The notes beneath the pieces are model-generated. The model was not told where the DNA came from. It worked only from the letters and a program-made list of their open reading frames with translations, and made no database searches. Below, piece by piece: positions 1 to 17,063 of a stretch of DNA of 64,000 nucleotides. The stretch lies in the NCBI RefSeq assembly GCF_009914755.1, contig NC_060932.1; one strand, written 5' to 3'. Source of the DNA: the human T2T-CHM13v2.0 reference genome, Homo sapiens. The position numbers and the translations under genes are program-made. Numbering within the stretch: the stretch's first letter is position 1; each line of letters begins with the position of its first letter.

Positions 1-59
1 TGTGCCACTGCCCTCCAGCCTGGGCAACAGAGCAAGGCTGTGTCAAAAAAAAAAAAAAA
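1..59 (+). mobile_element. Alu 3' end (cut by window edge)
   Basis: ccactgccctccagcctgggcaacagagc followed by an A tail. Confidence 0.9.
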
Positions 60-127
60 GGAAAAGGAAAAGAAGAAAAGCTAAAATAAATGAATTAAAT
101 GAATTCAGTGTTCAACTTAAGAAGTTT

Positions 128-291
128 GGCCGGATGCAATATCACTTATAGTCCCAGCTACTCAAGAGGCTGAAGCAGGAGGATCTGCTTAAGCTCAGGA
201 ATTTGAGGCTGCAGGGAGTTCTGATTGCATCTGTGAATAGTCACTACACTCCAGCCTGGGCAACATAGTGAGACACTTCTCTAAAAAAAAA
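128..291 (+). mobile_element. Old Alu monomer (FRAM-like)
   Basis: Right-arm Alu motifs and an A tail. Confidence 0.75.
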
Positions 292-294
292 TTT

Positions 295-1540
295 TAATTA
301 ATGTAAAAAAAAAGTTTAAAGAAGTGTACCAGAACACACACAAAGAAAGTAGAAAGGAAATAATAAAGGGTAGAAATCAGTGAAATGGAAAAAAGAAAGT
401 TTAGAATGGAGAGGACCTGGAAAGCCAAAAGTTCCACACCCTCTTCTTCAGGTAACAACAACAAACCCTATGCAATATTGATCAAGAAAATGAAAAAAGT
501 CATAAGTACAGAATATTAGCAATGGAAAAGGTGACATTAAAAGGAAATATTATGAAAATTTGACACCAATAATTTTGAAAACTTAGATGAAACAAACAAA
601 TTCATAGGAAAACATAACTCACCAAAACTGACTTAATAAGTAGAAAACCTGAATAGGTCTGAAACCATTCAAGAAATTGAATCAGTGGTTTAAATATTCC
701 CACAAGGAAAGCAACAGGTCCACATAGAAAGACCTACAAGCAAATCCTACCAAAACACTCAAAGAAGTCAAAACTCCAATCCAACACAAACTCTTCCTGA
801 GAACTGAAAAAATAGAACTCATCCTCTAACTTAATTTATAAGAACAGAAAATCCTGTTACCCAAAGCAGAAAAGAAAATACCTAAATAGATGCAGAAAGG
901 GCATTTAGTAAATTGAGCATGCATTTACAGTTTTTGAAAAGTCTTATCAAACTAGGAATAAAAGGGAACTTTTAGATCTAATAAATAGTATGTACCCAAA
1001 ATGCCCACATCTTTCAGAAAGCTGAAGCAGTGGAAGTATTCTATTTAAGAGAACCAGACATGACCTGCCCCCGTTATGATGCAGTGGAAAGTACACAACA
1101 CCACCTATGAAGTTGATTTGTCAAAAAAAGAAAGAAAACAAAAGAAAATCACCCTACGTGTAATCAAGCCTCTAGACCTATCTTCAGTTTAGAGGCAAGA
1201 GCTCCAAAGAAAGAAACATGTTAAACAACACCATTTTTATGACTGGGGAGGTGCTGCCCAGTCAAACCCAGTAAAATCCAGTTTCTCCAACAAATAAACA
1301 CATGAGGTGGGGGGGAAATGTGTACAGAGGATGTTAAAGATTAAAAGACACTTAAAGTTAATCCTCAAATAAAAGTTTGTTGAAAAAAGAGGACTGAAGA
1401 GATACATCAACCAAATGCAATGTGCGGACTGTGTTTGAATCTTAATTAAACAAAGCAAATTATAAATAAAAGCTTTTTTAAGAAAATCATAGAAATTTGA
1501 ATGCAGGTTTTATTATTAGATTATGTTAAGAAATTATTGT
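295..1540 (+). mobile_element. Old L1M fragments (ORF2 and 3' pieces)
   Basis: A-rich with L1 motifs (aacttagatgaa, gaaattgaatcagt, atagatgcagaaa, accaaatgcaatgtg). Confidence 0.7.
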
Positions 1541-1541
1541 T

Positions 1542-1838
1542 GCTGGGCGTGGTGGCTCATGCCTGTAACCCCAGTGCTTTGAGAGGCTGAGGTGGGAGGA
1601 TTCCTTGACCCCAGGAGTTAGAGACTAGCCAGGGCAACATAGGGAGGCCCCTTCTCTACAAAAAAGGAAAAAATTAGCCAGGTGTGGTGGCGCACAGCTG
1701 TAGTTGTCCCAGCTACTTAGGAGGCTGAAGTGGGAGGACCGTTTGAGCCTGGGAGGTCGAGGCTGCAGTGAGCTATAATTGTGCCACTGCACTCCAGCCT
1801 CAGCAACAGAGTGAGACTCTGTCTCTTAAAAAAAAAAA
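1542..1838 (+). mobile_element. AluJ-like
   Basis: Full dimer with A tail. Confidence 0.9.
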
Positions 1839-2104
1839 TACATACATACATATATATGTAAACTTTAAAGACAAAAAATAATAATACTACAAAGAAGTAT
1901 TTTAGTAAGAAACAAGGAGGACACAAGGCTTCCCTGTTCACTATCATGGGGCCTCCTGGGGGGCCAGGCTGCTGGTTCAACCATCTACACCGCACCTCCC
2001 TGGCTTCTGCATGTACCATTTATTTCTCCCTTGTTCTTTATTGCTCTGGGCTTAAATCCTGTCCATCCTGCAAACCCAGCTCAGATGCTGCCTATAGCAG
2101 GTAG

Positions 2105-2750
2105 CTGTTGTGTTAGTTTACGAGTATCCACACCCTCTTCTTAGGTAACAACACCCCTATTTTCTGTTTATCTTCAACTTTTATTTTAAGTTCAGGGTAC
2201 ATGTGCAGGATGTGCAGGTTTGTTACGTAGGTAAACGTGTGCCATGGTGGTTTGCTGAACAGATCAACCCATCACTAAGTATTAAGCCCAGCGTTCATCA
2301 GCTGTTCTTCCTGAGGCTCTCCCGCTCCCCACCCACCCCTCGACAGGCCCCATTGTGAACAACAATCCTATTTTATTTTGGATAAACACCTTTAATAACT
2401 TCATATGGTTCAAATGGGGCTGATCTCAGCAACCACTTTCCCCCAGGGGTGGGCAGGTGACTCAGGTCTGTCCAATGATAATACCACCTTGATTGCAGGA
2501 ACAGGCTTTTTACCCAGGTTGAACCAATTAGCCAAAGAGTGTCCACTCCCAGAATTTTGCTGGAAGTATTAGAAAAGAGGCACTTTCTCTTCTCTGGGTT
2601 GCTAATTTAGAAGACTGAAAGCCTGGAGTTGTTGTGGCCATTTGTCTGAATAGGAGAGAAGACCCTACCTCAGAAAGAAGCCACCATAAGAAAGTAGAGA
2701 CACAGAGCCTGATGCCAATATTAGAGTTTCTGAATACAGCCACACTTCCC
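2105..2750. mobile_element. Old MaLR LTR (MLT1J/K/L-like), interrupted by an L1 fragment
   Basis: ggtgactcaggtctgtccaatg, ccaattag and cctggagttgttgtggccat motifs. Confidence 0.6.
2163..2357 (-). mobile_element. L1PA 3' end, 5'-truncated
   Basis: tacatgtgcaggatgtgcaggtttgttac; TSD-like aacaacacccctatt / aacaacaatcctatt. Confidence 0.85.
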
Positions 2751-2819
2751 CTGCTCTAACCAGTCTCCTTCCTCAATCTTGCAGGATATTCATTAATAAA
2801 AGACCCTGGGTAGAGGGAA

Positions 2820-2930
2820 TGATAAAAATAGAGAATAAGAAAGAGAGCTAGGAGAGAGACAGAGAGAATGAGAGTGAGAAAGACAGAGAAAGGCAGAGAG
2901 AAAAAGGGAGGACAGAAGGCAGGAAGAGAA
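2820..2930. repeat. GA-rich polypurine tract
   Basis: Almost pure purine on the + strand. Confidence 0.7.
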
Positions 2931-3031
2931 TGCATTGTCTTTAGAATCAAGAACAAGACAAAAGTCTGCCTGCATTTATCACTTATTCAACACTGAACTG
3001 GAGGTCTTATAAATTTCAATAAAGAAACCTA

Positions 3032-3514
<483 letters not shown>

Positions 3515-3702
3515 TCAAAAATATTTATTAAATGTCTCCTGCATTTTGAGTATTCTAATGAAAAATGATAAACAGAACAGGATTCTGTAACCAGTCTGTC
3601 CCTGTAATTAGTGGCCTGTGTATGGTTTGTACTCTACAATTATTTCCATCTTCAGGAGGGAATGATTTGTTGTATTCATGATAGATGGTCAGTGATGACT
3701 TA

Positions 3703-4012
<310 letters not shown>

Positions 4013-5224
4013 AAGTCAGGGGTAGGGAGAGAGCAAAGTTTCAGAGCTTCTGAGACCTGGAGAGAAAACAGGAATGTACAAGATTCAATAGTGAATATGG
4101 CTATAGGGGCATTCAGGAAGGAATCCCTTAACCCAGCATTTTTCAGACTTGCTTAGGAAGGGAGCTCTTAGCTGCAACTTTAAACATCTAAAGTAGGTTA
4201 GGGAGGGCCACACGGGGCTTTTAGGGTTCTGACAATATTTTATTTCTTGACCTGGGTGAAGGTTACACAGGTATTGGCTTTATAATTATTTTTCAACTGT
4301 ACATACATGCGTATGTTTTTGTTCTTTTTTAAAAGTATGATATATTTCACAGTGTTTTATAAGAAGGGGCTGGGGAGCTCTGTGTTTAAAGAGGCTCTCT
4401 GCAGCAGCCCCCAAGGCACCTCCTTAGAACCTGGAATTCCATGGGAAACATCCTGAAAATGTTAGTGACCACAGCAAGTCAATCAGAACAGGCCCAAAAA
4501 TCCAAAGCGGAGTCTGGGAGGAGTGTGTGTGTCCAGGCAGCCCAAAAGCATCCGAAGAAGTGAGATTTGATAAACCAGTTCCGGAAGTGTCCACAGGAAA
4601 TGGAGCCACTCTCTGGGTCCAGGGTCTAAGGACCCCCAGTTCCGACGGAAGGGCGGGCTTGTGGAGACAGTGGGAATTACTTTTGTTTCCCCAGAACCTA
4701 GAATGCTGAGAGTGAATGGGCTTTATGCCAGGCTGGGGGTGGAAGTTCACAAGGAAGAGGAACGAGGAAGGGAAACGGGAGCGGCTGATGAAAAGCATGA
4801 TTATCCTGAGCCGGTTCCAAGCTAAGCCACTGACCCAACGCGATGCTGGGAATGCACTGAGCGGTGACCCACTCATATCTCATAACCTCCCCACAGCACA
4901 GAGAGCAGATCTGGGTGGGAGGACAGGATTACCAAGGCCCTCTCTTCGAAGACACAAGTGCTGTTGTGTTTGGATGTGGGTGTGTGAGCATCGAGAAAAC
5001 ACCTAATTTTTCTAGAAGCTGGGAACCGTGTGTTTGGGGATGGCCCAGCTGGGTCCTTGCAGGGCCCCAGGTCCTCACAGAACCTAGTGGGATGGGAGGC
5101 CCGGTGCTCTCTCAGCTATGCTTAGGCTGGGCCGGACCTAGCAGAGGATCCTGGGCCCATCCTAAAGACCAGTGTGGGCCAGAAAGGCGGTTTATGTATT
5201 TATCATGAGCACAACTTCCTTCTA

Positions 5225-5365
5225 GGCTGGGCACGGTGGCTCAAGCTGGTAATCTTAGCACTTTGGGAAGTTGACCCAGGAGGATTTCTTGAGGCCAGGA
5301 ATTCAAGACCAGCCTGGACAACATAGCAAGACCTCATCTCTACCAAAATAAATAAATACAATAAA
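5225..5365 (+). mobile_element. FLAM / left Alu monomer
   Basis: Left-arm motifs and an A-rich tail. Confidence 0.8.
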
Positions 5366-6085
5366 GATTTTTTTAAACGACTTACTTCTAGAGACCAAAT
5401 ATCTGTATCTGTTATTCAGAGAGGCTACCTTTTCCAGTATTAGAGTACCCAAGAGACTGATCAGAAGTCACTGTGTTACTTTGGAATTTCTAGCCCCTTC
5501 TGATCTTAACACTCTGGGATAAAATACAGGAATTACTCACCTCCATGCCTCACCGTGTTGTCGCAAGAACTGAGACAAACAGCGTATATCTTGGTATCTC
5601 TGACAGTTTCCTCCCATCAGTCAGGGAGTCCACAGGCCAGCCCCACCTAGTCAGCACATGAGCAGCCAGCGCACATTTAAAGAAGGGGGGCAAATATTCT
5701 CCACATCTCAAAACGCTCGTGCCCTTGACTCTGCATCTTCACGTCTTCTCTCTCTCATTCTCTCCTTCTGTATCTCTCTGCCTCTCTGTCTCCCTCTTTC
5801 TCTCACACACATGACGTGATGTATGTTCAAGGATATTTATTGAAGCAGTCTGTAATAGCAAAAGATTGTAAATTAACCTAAATTTCCATTAACAGGAGGC
5901 TACCTAAATTATGATACATTTCTAAGATGGAAAATTATGTGACTGTTAAAAAGTAATAAGACAGCTCTTTATGTACTGATAAGGAATAATTTCAAAAATA
6001 CATTTAAAAAGTTAAAAAGTTTTAAAAAGCAATGTGCAAAAGAGCTATCATTTGTGTGAAAGTATAAATATATACAGTTTTTAAA

Positions 6086-6366
6086 TTTTTTTTTTATAAG
6101 ACAGGGTCTCGTTCTGTCACCCAGGCTGTAGTGCAGTGGCAAGATCATAGCTCACTGTAGCCTCAAATTCCTGGGCTCAAGGGATCCTCCCACCTCTGCC
6201 TGGCTATAGGCACACACCACCATGCCTGGCTAATTTTTTAATTTTTTTTGGAGAGGAGGTCTCTGTATATTGCTCAGGCTAGTCTCAACCTTCCAGCATG
6301 AAGTGATCCTCCCTCCTTAGACACCCAATGTGCTGGGATTACAGGCATAAGCCACCACGCCAGGCC
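6086..6366 (-). mobile_element. AluJ-like within L1M 3' fragments (~5810-6560)
   Basis: T tract followed by agacagggtctc. Confidence 0.85.
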
Positions 6367-7324
6367 ATATGCATAGATGTTTTTAAATGCTGAGACTACC
6401 TTTGAAAAGATCCGTAAAAGCCTGGTAATAGCATCTGCCTTTGGAAAAGGGAACTGAAGATCAGATATAGAAGGGAGAGCAACTTTTCCCTGTATACTCT
6501 TCTGCCCCTTTTGAATTTTGTGAAATTTAAGCAATCATTTATATTTTAAAATATAAAACAGTAAAGAAGGCAGGCTGCCTTTCCAAAGCAAGGAGTATTT
6601 ACATTTAATCCAGTTTGGGGAAAGCCTAGGAATTCATCAGTCCTCATTAGAAAGCACAGCTTTCTAAGGATCATGCGTCTGGACCCCACCCCAACCCCAG
6701 TCTTACTTCCTTGGCCAGAGTGACAGAATCTCAGAGAGATTCTTACTTCCTTTTACTTTCTTCTCTTTTTCAAACTGATTCCCTTCTTTTTGTGCTTGTC
6801 ATGACATCATGTTCATTTCAATATACTTTCCTAACATGCTAACGTTTCCAGCCTGACTGCTTGTTTCATCCTGATTATAGTTCACGTTGGCAGCCCCTGT
6901 GGAGCCAAGGGCAGGCTGCTTGCACCCAGTGAACCGCTGTCTCTTTTGGGAAGTCCCTCCGTCTGCTGCATTAATCCTACCTCTGGCAATTCCTGTAAAT
7001 TTCAGTGCACAAATAGCCCTTTTGTCATGTGAGGGTTCTGTTCTTCCTCCTGACTTCATCCTCAATCCCTTTTTCTCCTAGACCTTGGGCCCATTTCCTT
7101 GTGTGTCCTGTGATTCCCTCTCTGCACTTCTTCATTACTCAAATCTCTGATCCTCTCAACAAAGTTCTCCCACCCTTATCATTCACCAGTGCCTGATCAC
7201 AAAGCCTCCCAGATCACTCAGGTTTCAGGTAGGAGGTTATCATAAAAGACCCCTAAGATCCAGCAATTCCAATAAGACAACGCCAGACCATGAGTCTACT
7301 TCCCTATGTATCTCCTGTCCATTC

Positions 7325-8790
<1,466 letters not shown>

Positions 8791-8909
8791 CAACTTCATA
8801 AGTCAGGGAACTACATACCTTTTGATCACATTTCTTAACTGACTCTTTCTGGGGAGAGACTATTATAGAGTGGAAAGAGTTCTGATTTGAGCTGGAGAGA
8901 TGTTGGTTT

Positions 8910-9490
8910 TGTAAAAAATATATATAAAATTCTAAAGCTCCCCCAACTATCTGAAAGGATCACTCCTCTCAGCCAAGGGCATTCCAGAATTACATAAAAA
9001 TCTTGGTCAGGCCATGATGGAAGTGGGGGTTGGACATGCCTCATTATACCCCTCAGCATTAACATCAACACAGATCTTAAGTCTAATAAGAAACATTTAC
9101 GGTCCATTCTGTCTAAAGCCTGCTACCTGGAGGCTTGATCTGCATGATAAAAACTAGGTCTCCACAACCCCTTCTTGTAATCCAGACATTCCTTTCTACT
9201 GATAATAACTCTTTCAACCAATTGCCAATCAGAAAGTGTTTAAATCTACCTATGACCTGGAAGCCCCTCCTTCAAGTTGTTCTACCCTTCCAGATAGAAC
9301 CAATGTACGTCTTACAGGTATCGTTTGATGAATTATGTCTCCATAAAATGTGTAAAAGCCAGCTGTATCCAACCACTTTGGGCACAAGTCATCAGGACCT
9401 CCTGAGGCTATGTCACAGGTGCATTCTTAACCTTGACAAAATAAACTTTCTAAATTAACTGAGACCTGTCTCAGATATTTTGGGTTCACA
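8910..9490 (+). mobile_element. MER4-family LTR (MER4A/B-like) inserted in a MIR
   Basis: TG...CA termini, ending gagacctgtctcagatattttgggttcaca. MIR sequence resumes at 9491. Confidence 0.8.
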
Positions 9491-11392
9491 ATTTGAATCC
9501 TTGCTCTGTTGCTTACCAGCTGTGTGGTCTTGGACATGTTGCCTTTGCCTCATTAAGCCTCTGTTTTCTTTCTGAAAAATGAAAGTAAGAATCCTTACTT
9601 CATAGGAGAATAATGAGGATTAAATCAGATTTCTACATAAAGAGTATATTTTATGCCTGGACTCAGAGTCACTGCTTAGCAAAGGTAGTTCTCTCCCACT
9701 GAATATCCTCCAGCCTTATTCTTCCAACTTCATTCTACGGAAAATATGCCACATACACTCTTACCAGCATATGCAGGAACACCCGCCATGTGCTCATGTA
9801 TATACAAACTGATCTACACAGAGATATAGAGATACATATTCATGTGGCCCAAGAAACAAGAAATTTTAAAAATAATAATTTTTAAAATACAGTAATGACA
9901 TATTTTATCCTATTTTAATATCCTAGGAAAGAAAGTAAGGTGAGGAAAACCATGTGTTGAAGAAGAAAGGAATGAGCAGGGAGTTGAGGAAATGGACGGT
10001 TGAGAAGCAGAATTAGGGGAGTGTATGGGAGTAAGAAGTACTCTGATCAGCAAGGAGCTTACCTCCATGATAATTTGGTATGTACAGGTGGTTTATGACC
10101 TAATTTGTGAACTTGGCCCATCCAGGATAGCAGAGGACAGGGAGGAGGAATGAAAGTTGACCACAGAAAGACAGAGATTTGTGCCTATAGGTGGCCTACT
10201 AGGAGATGACCCCTTGCTGAGCTGGGGAGTCAAGAATTCAGAGTTTGGGGCAGCTGAAGCAACTGGAATCTGAAGGGCAAGGCATTGTGAAGAAGAGAGA
10301 GATGTGCAGGGAAGGGGCCCTACAGTTGTAGGTTTGGGTCACGCATGGGGTCTTAGATGAGGGTTTCGATGCACATGCACAAGGTAAGATCGTGTAGGAT
10401 TACCAGAGAGGCTGATAAGGAGTTATGAATTGAACCAAATATAAGAGATAAAGAAGCCCTGGGGATATTGGAGATCCAGACCAGCCAGAATGGAGAGATG
10501 CCATTAACACCCTGTTAATATCTCAGGCATCAGACTGAGACATCACAGAAGCTGTGCTTTAGGAGTAAGGACTACACCCTGGAGTATAGCCTATTATAGA
10601 TCCACCCTAAAAAGAAACTAACTAACTAAAACCAAGCCCTGAAATAAATCTGAGTTTGGAGATTGAGTGCTATGAAGTTAGAGGGTCTGGGTTTTTCACA
10701 GATTTGCCATAACAAAGCATAAAATACAGTCAAGACAAGTTCAAGGGGATCAGCTAGTGACTGAAGTGTATGCTGGACCAAAAATTAATGTTCTTCACGG
10801 GTAAATAACAGACTCCATAGTTTCTAAAGCATGTCATTGACACACTTAGAGAACTGACACACAATAGCAAATAAAAAATTACTAACTATAGGAAAAATAA
10901 ACCAGAAAAATGTGACCCATTGTCAAGAAAAATTTAGGCAATAGAAACTAATCCAGAGGTAACCTAAATATTAGCAGACAAACACTAAAATATGATAATA
11001 TGTTCAAAGAACTAAAGGAAAATATGGTCATAATGAGTGACAAAATAGGGAATCTCCGCAGAGAATTGGGAGTTATAAAAAAGAACAAATGGAAATTCTG
11101 AAATTGAAAATTACAATAAATAAATTAAAACGTTTATTGAATGAATTTAATGGCACATTGGAAATGAAAAAAGTCATAAACTTAAAGACAAATCAAGAGA
11201 ATATATCCACACTAAAGAATAAAGAAAAAATACAGTAGAAAAATAAACAGAACTTCATGGGCATATGGGAAAATATCGAATGTTCTAACACACATGAAAT
11301 TGGACACTCAAAAAAAAACTTTGAGGATAAATACAAACAAAAATCGCACTTATGCACCTACTACTCAAACTGCTCAAAACTAGGAATAAAGA

Positions 11393-11706
<314 letters not shown>

Positions 11707-11818
11707 TAAAACAGCTAGAAATAAAAGCACATACAGAGGAACACTGTTATTAAAAACCACTGAATCTCATCAGAAATAGTAGAGATCAGAAACAATGAAA
11801 TGAAATCTTTGAATCAGT

Positions 11819-12165
11819 ATTTTTTGTTTTGTTTTGTTTTGCTTTTAAATTTTTTTGGAGACAGAGTCTCACTCTGTCACCCAGGCTGGAGTGCAGTGAC
11901 AAGGCTCACTGCAGCCTCAAACTTCTGAGCTCAGGCAATCCTCTTGCCTCTGCCTCCTAAGTAGCTAGGACTACAGGTGCCTACCAACACACCTGGCTAA
12001 TTTTTTTTTTTTTTTTTTGTAGAGACAGAGTCTCACTCTTGCCCAGGCTGGTCTCAAACTGCTGGTCTCAAACTATTGTCCTCAAGTGATCCTCCTGCCT
12101 CAGCCTCCCAAGGTGCTGAGATTATAGGCCCTTTTAGATTACAGGTGAACCACTGAGCCTGACCA
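11819..12165 (-). mobile_element. AluJ-like with two small internal duplications
   Basis: ggtctcaaact x2 (12050-12074) and gattatagg..gattacagg. Confidence 0.88.
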
Positions 12166-12977
12166 GTTTGTTTTTGTTTTACATATTTTATGATTCTATT
12201 TATATGAATTGTCCAGAAGAGGCAAATCTAGAAAGACAGAAAGTAGATTAGTCATTGCCAGGGGCAGTGATGGGAATGGAGAATGACTATCATTGGGCAT
12301 GAGGTTTCTTTTTGAGGTGATGAAAATGTTCTAAAATGATATCATGGTAATGGTTGCACAGTTGTATAAATGAACTAAAAATCATGGAATTATACACTTA
12401 AAATGGGTGAATTTTATGGTATGTAAGTTGTATCCTGAAAAACCTGATTTAAAAAAAGAAAAAAGAAAGAACAACCCTGAGATAGCCATCAGAGGATTTA
12501 TTCATAGTAGACACTCAGTGTCTGTAAAAGGCATCCTTTCTTCCAGTGTGTCCTAAGGCAGTTCACTTCCCAGAGCAAAGGGAAGATGGTGGATGGGGCC
12601 TCAGCAGACGCAGCCTGCAGCTGCTTAGTGAGAGCATGCATGATGACATCGTTCTCCAATTTATAGCCCATGTCATCTAAATTCTCCTTATCAAGCATCA
12701 CTGAGGCCTCTGAGCAGGTGTCCCACGCTTGCATTTCCCGAAATGCCCTGTAACTCATGTTGCAGATGTGGCCTGAGGCATCAACACTACTGAGAAGCCT
12801 GCAGACTTAGGGGAAATGGAGCTGAACAATTGTTGTTTTTGCTTCTCTAGTACTTCATTTGGACCCAATTCTAGCAACAGGACTTTCTTGTCGTGAAAGT
12901 AAATATCATATCCCACTGTGCCCTACTCAGAGCCCCACCAGACCTGCCTTGGGCAGTGCTTCCAGAAAGAACCCTCC

Positions 12978-13351
12978 CGATATGGTTTGGCTGTGTCCCC
13001 ACCCAAATCTCATCTTGAAATATAGATCCCGTAATTCCTATGTGTTGTGGGAGGGACCCGGTGGGAGATACTTGAATCATGGGTGTGGTTTCCTCATACT
13101 GTTCTCCTGGTAGTGAATAAGTCTCACAAGATCTGATGGTTTTATAAGGGGAAACCCCTTTCACTTGGTTCTCACTCTCTCTTTGCCTGCCATCATCCAT
13201 GTAAGACGTGCCTTTGCTACTCGTTTGCCTTCCACCATGATTGTGAGGCCTCCCCAGCCATACAGACCTATGAGTCCATTAAACCTCTTTCCTTTGTAAA
13301 TTACCCGTCTTGGGTATGTCTCTATTAGCAGTGTGAGAACAGACTAATACA
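12978..13351 (+). mobile_element. THE1 (MaLR) solo LTR
   Basis: gatatggtttggctgtgtccccacccaaatctcatcttgaa ... gagaacagactaataca. Confidence 0.92.
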
Positions 13352-14350
13352 CTTTCAATCCCACGTCACCTCTGCTATATCCTCAGAACCAGAAATCTGA
13401 AATATTTGATATTTTAAAAAGAAAATACTGTTAACAACAAAATTTTATATCCAGTGGAAATAGCCTTCAGAAATGAGAGGAAAACAAAGACATTTTCAGA
13501 TCAATGAAAGCTCACAGAATTCATAGCCAGTATATCTGTACTATAAAAATTGCTAAAGGGTATTCTTTATATTAACAGGAAACAGAAACTTGGATCTGCA
13601 AGAAGGAGTGGAGAGCAGCAGAAGTGGTAAATTAGAACGTAAATATTAAAATGCATGGATTTTTTTTCTCTCTGAATTCTCTTGAGAGACAACTGACTAT
13701 TGTAAGGGAAGATTATTTTAAGACTATTTTAAGATAAGACTGGAGATTGGATTTATAATGTGTCAAGTTGATATGACAACAAGAGCACCAGGGATAGCTA
13801 ATTGCAAATTTAATGGTGGAAGTCTAAATGTTTTCCCTTATAAACCAGAAATAAGGCAAGGATCTCATCTCCCAACACTTTTATTCTATTTGACTAGAGG
13901 TCCTCCCCAACGAAATAAGACAAACAAAGAAATACATATTGGAAGGAAAAATATAAAGCTGTATTTATTCACAGACAGCATAGTTGTTTGTATAGAAAAT
14001 CCTAGGGAATTTACAAGAAAATGGCAATTATTAAAAAGTGATTTACCAATATCATAATATAGAAGGCCAATATACAAAAACCCATTGCATCTCTATATAC
14101 TAGGAGCAAAAAATAAGAAAATTAAAATTAAGTAATCATTTAGCAACAGCATAAAAATATAAAATATATAGGAATGAATTTAGTAAAGGATGGGCATGAT
14201 CTTTATAGTAAAAAGTACAGAATATTGCTGAAATTTTTAAATATCTTTATAAATGGAGATATATATATATAGTGGTATCTATCTATCTGTCTATCTATAT
14301 ATATATCTCATGTTCATGTATAAGAAAACTCACATTAATAAGACGTTCAT

Positions 14351-14660
<310 letters not shown>

Positions 14661-14721
14661 TCATTTCCCTATATTCTTTTACGTATCCTACACACTTCCA
14701 ATCAAAATCCCAGCAGCCTTA

Positions 14722-15170
14722 TTTTTCTTTCTTTCTTTTTTGTAAATGACAGAGTCTTGCTCTGTCACCCAGGCTGGAGTGCAGTGGCATGATCATAGTC
14801 CACTGCAGCCTTGACCTCCTGGGCTCAAGTGACCCTCCCACCTCAGCTTCATGAGTTGTTGGGATTACAGGCGTAAGCCACTGTGCCAGGCCTCGGCAGC
14901 CTTGTTTTTAAAGACACTGACAAAACTGATTCTAAAAATGTATATAAAAGTGCAAAGGATCTAGAAAATCCACAGAATTTTGAAGAAGAGTTCAGTTGGA
15001 GGGCCTATACTACATAATATCCAGACGTTCTCTAGGTCTGTCATGGAGGCTCACACCTGCAATCCCAGCACTTTGGGAGGCTCAGGCAGGAGGATCACTT
15101 GATCCCAAAAGTTCCAGACCAGCCTAGACAATATAGTGAGACCCCAACTCTACAAAAAATAAAAATTTAA
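14722..15170. mobile_element. Alu monomer fragments (14722-14892 minus; 15035-15170 plus)
   Basis: Partial Alu motifs. Confidence 0.75.
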
Positions 15171-15726
15171 AATTTCAGAAAGAAAAGAAAAGACTTACTC
15201 TAAAGCAGCAGTAATTAAGACAATGAGATAATGGTGTAAGGACAGACATATAGATCAATTGAACCACATTGAGATCCAGAAATAGATTTACACATATATA
15301 TCAATTGATTTTCCCCAAAGACACCAATGATTTCAAAGTCTTTTCAACAAATGATTTTTATATGCAAAAAACAAACTTTGATATTACCTCATATAATACA
15401 CAAAAATTCATCTGATATGGACCACAAACCTAAATGTAAAAACTAAATCTATAAAACTTCTTAAAAAATACATAAGATAATTTTTGTGACTTTAAGAAAT
15501 ATGGTCATGAAAGTCACAAACCATAAGAGAAAAATTTTGATAAATTGGATTATATCAAAATTAAAACCCTCTATTCTTTAAAATATCCCTTTAAGAACAT
15601 GAAAAGAAAAAAAATCCCAGAATAAGAGAAAATATTTGCAATACATATATGAGACAAAGGACTTGCTTTCAGGATACATAAAGAACTCATACATCTCAAT
15701 AAGAAAAAGACATGCAGCTCAAATTA

Positions 15727-16014
<288 letters not shown>

Positions 16015-16934
16015 GATGAAAGACATGAACAGACATTTTGCAAGAAAAGTATATGAATGACCATGTAAGCACATGAAAAAGTGTTCCAGCTTCATTAATC
16101 ATCAGGGAAATGCAAATGAAACCACTCTGAGATACCACTAGAATGGCTAAAATTTCAAAAACCAACAATACAAAATGTTGTGAGGATGTGGAGCAACGAG
16201 AACTCTCATGCATTAATGGTGAAACTGCGAAGTGGTACAACCCTTTTGGAAAAGTTAGGTGATTTCCTATAAATCTGAACACATACTTAACCTATGATCC
16301 AGCAATTTCACTTCTGGGTTTTTACCCAAGAGAAATGAAAATGTTTTTCTATACCAAAATTTGTACATACTATTCACAACAGCATTGTCCAGAATAGCAA
16401 AAAACTGGAAACAAGTCAAATGTTCATCAATAGGCAAATGCATGGAAAAATTATGATAAATCCATACTCACCAGTAAAAAAAAAAACAAAAAAACTAGTG
16501 ATATGCAAACCAACTTGGATAAATCTCAAAAGCACATTGAGTAGAGGAAGTCACTCAAAAGAGTACAGACTGTATTATTCCATTGAGATGATGTTCTAGA
16601 AAAACTAAAATGAATCTATAGTTACAGAAATCAGGTAAGTGGTTACCTGGGATGGGATGGTTAGGATGGGATTAACTACAAAAGAGAAATAGGGAAGTTT
16701 CTGGGGTGCTATAAATATTTTGATTGATTTAACAGTTACTGAGTGTATATATTTGTTAAAATTCATCAAAGTCTACATTGAAGTGTATGCATTGTATTAT
16801 ATGTAAATTATGCCTCAGTACAGTAGATTTTTTTAAAATGTTCTCGTAGCTCCCCATTGAACACAGGTGTCATCATGGCAAGACATTTCCTAGCTGAGAG
16901 ATGCTTTTTCATTCTTTCATTCAAAAAGTAGCTT

Positions 16935-17063
16935 TTTCTTTCCTTCCTTCCTTCCTCTCTTTCTTTCTCTTTCTCTCTTTCTTTCTTTTCTTTCTTTCTC
17001 TTTTTTTTAGTGGCAAGGTCTTGTTTTGTCACCCAGGCTGGAGTGCAGTGGTGTGATCATAGC
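16935..17063 (-). mobile_element. Alu 3' fragment with TC-rich tail, broken at the miR-3622 hairpin
   Basis: gtcacccaggctggagtgcagtggtgtgatcatagc, then Alu similarity stops abruptly. Confidence 0.85.
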
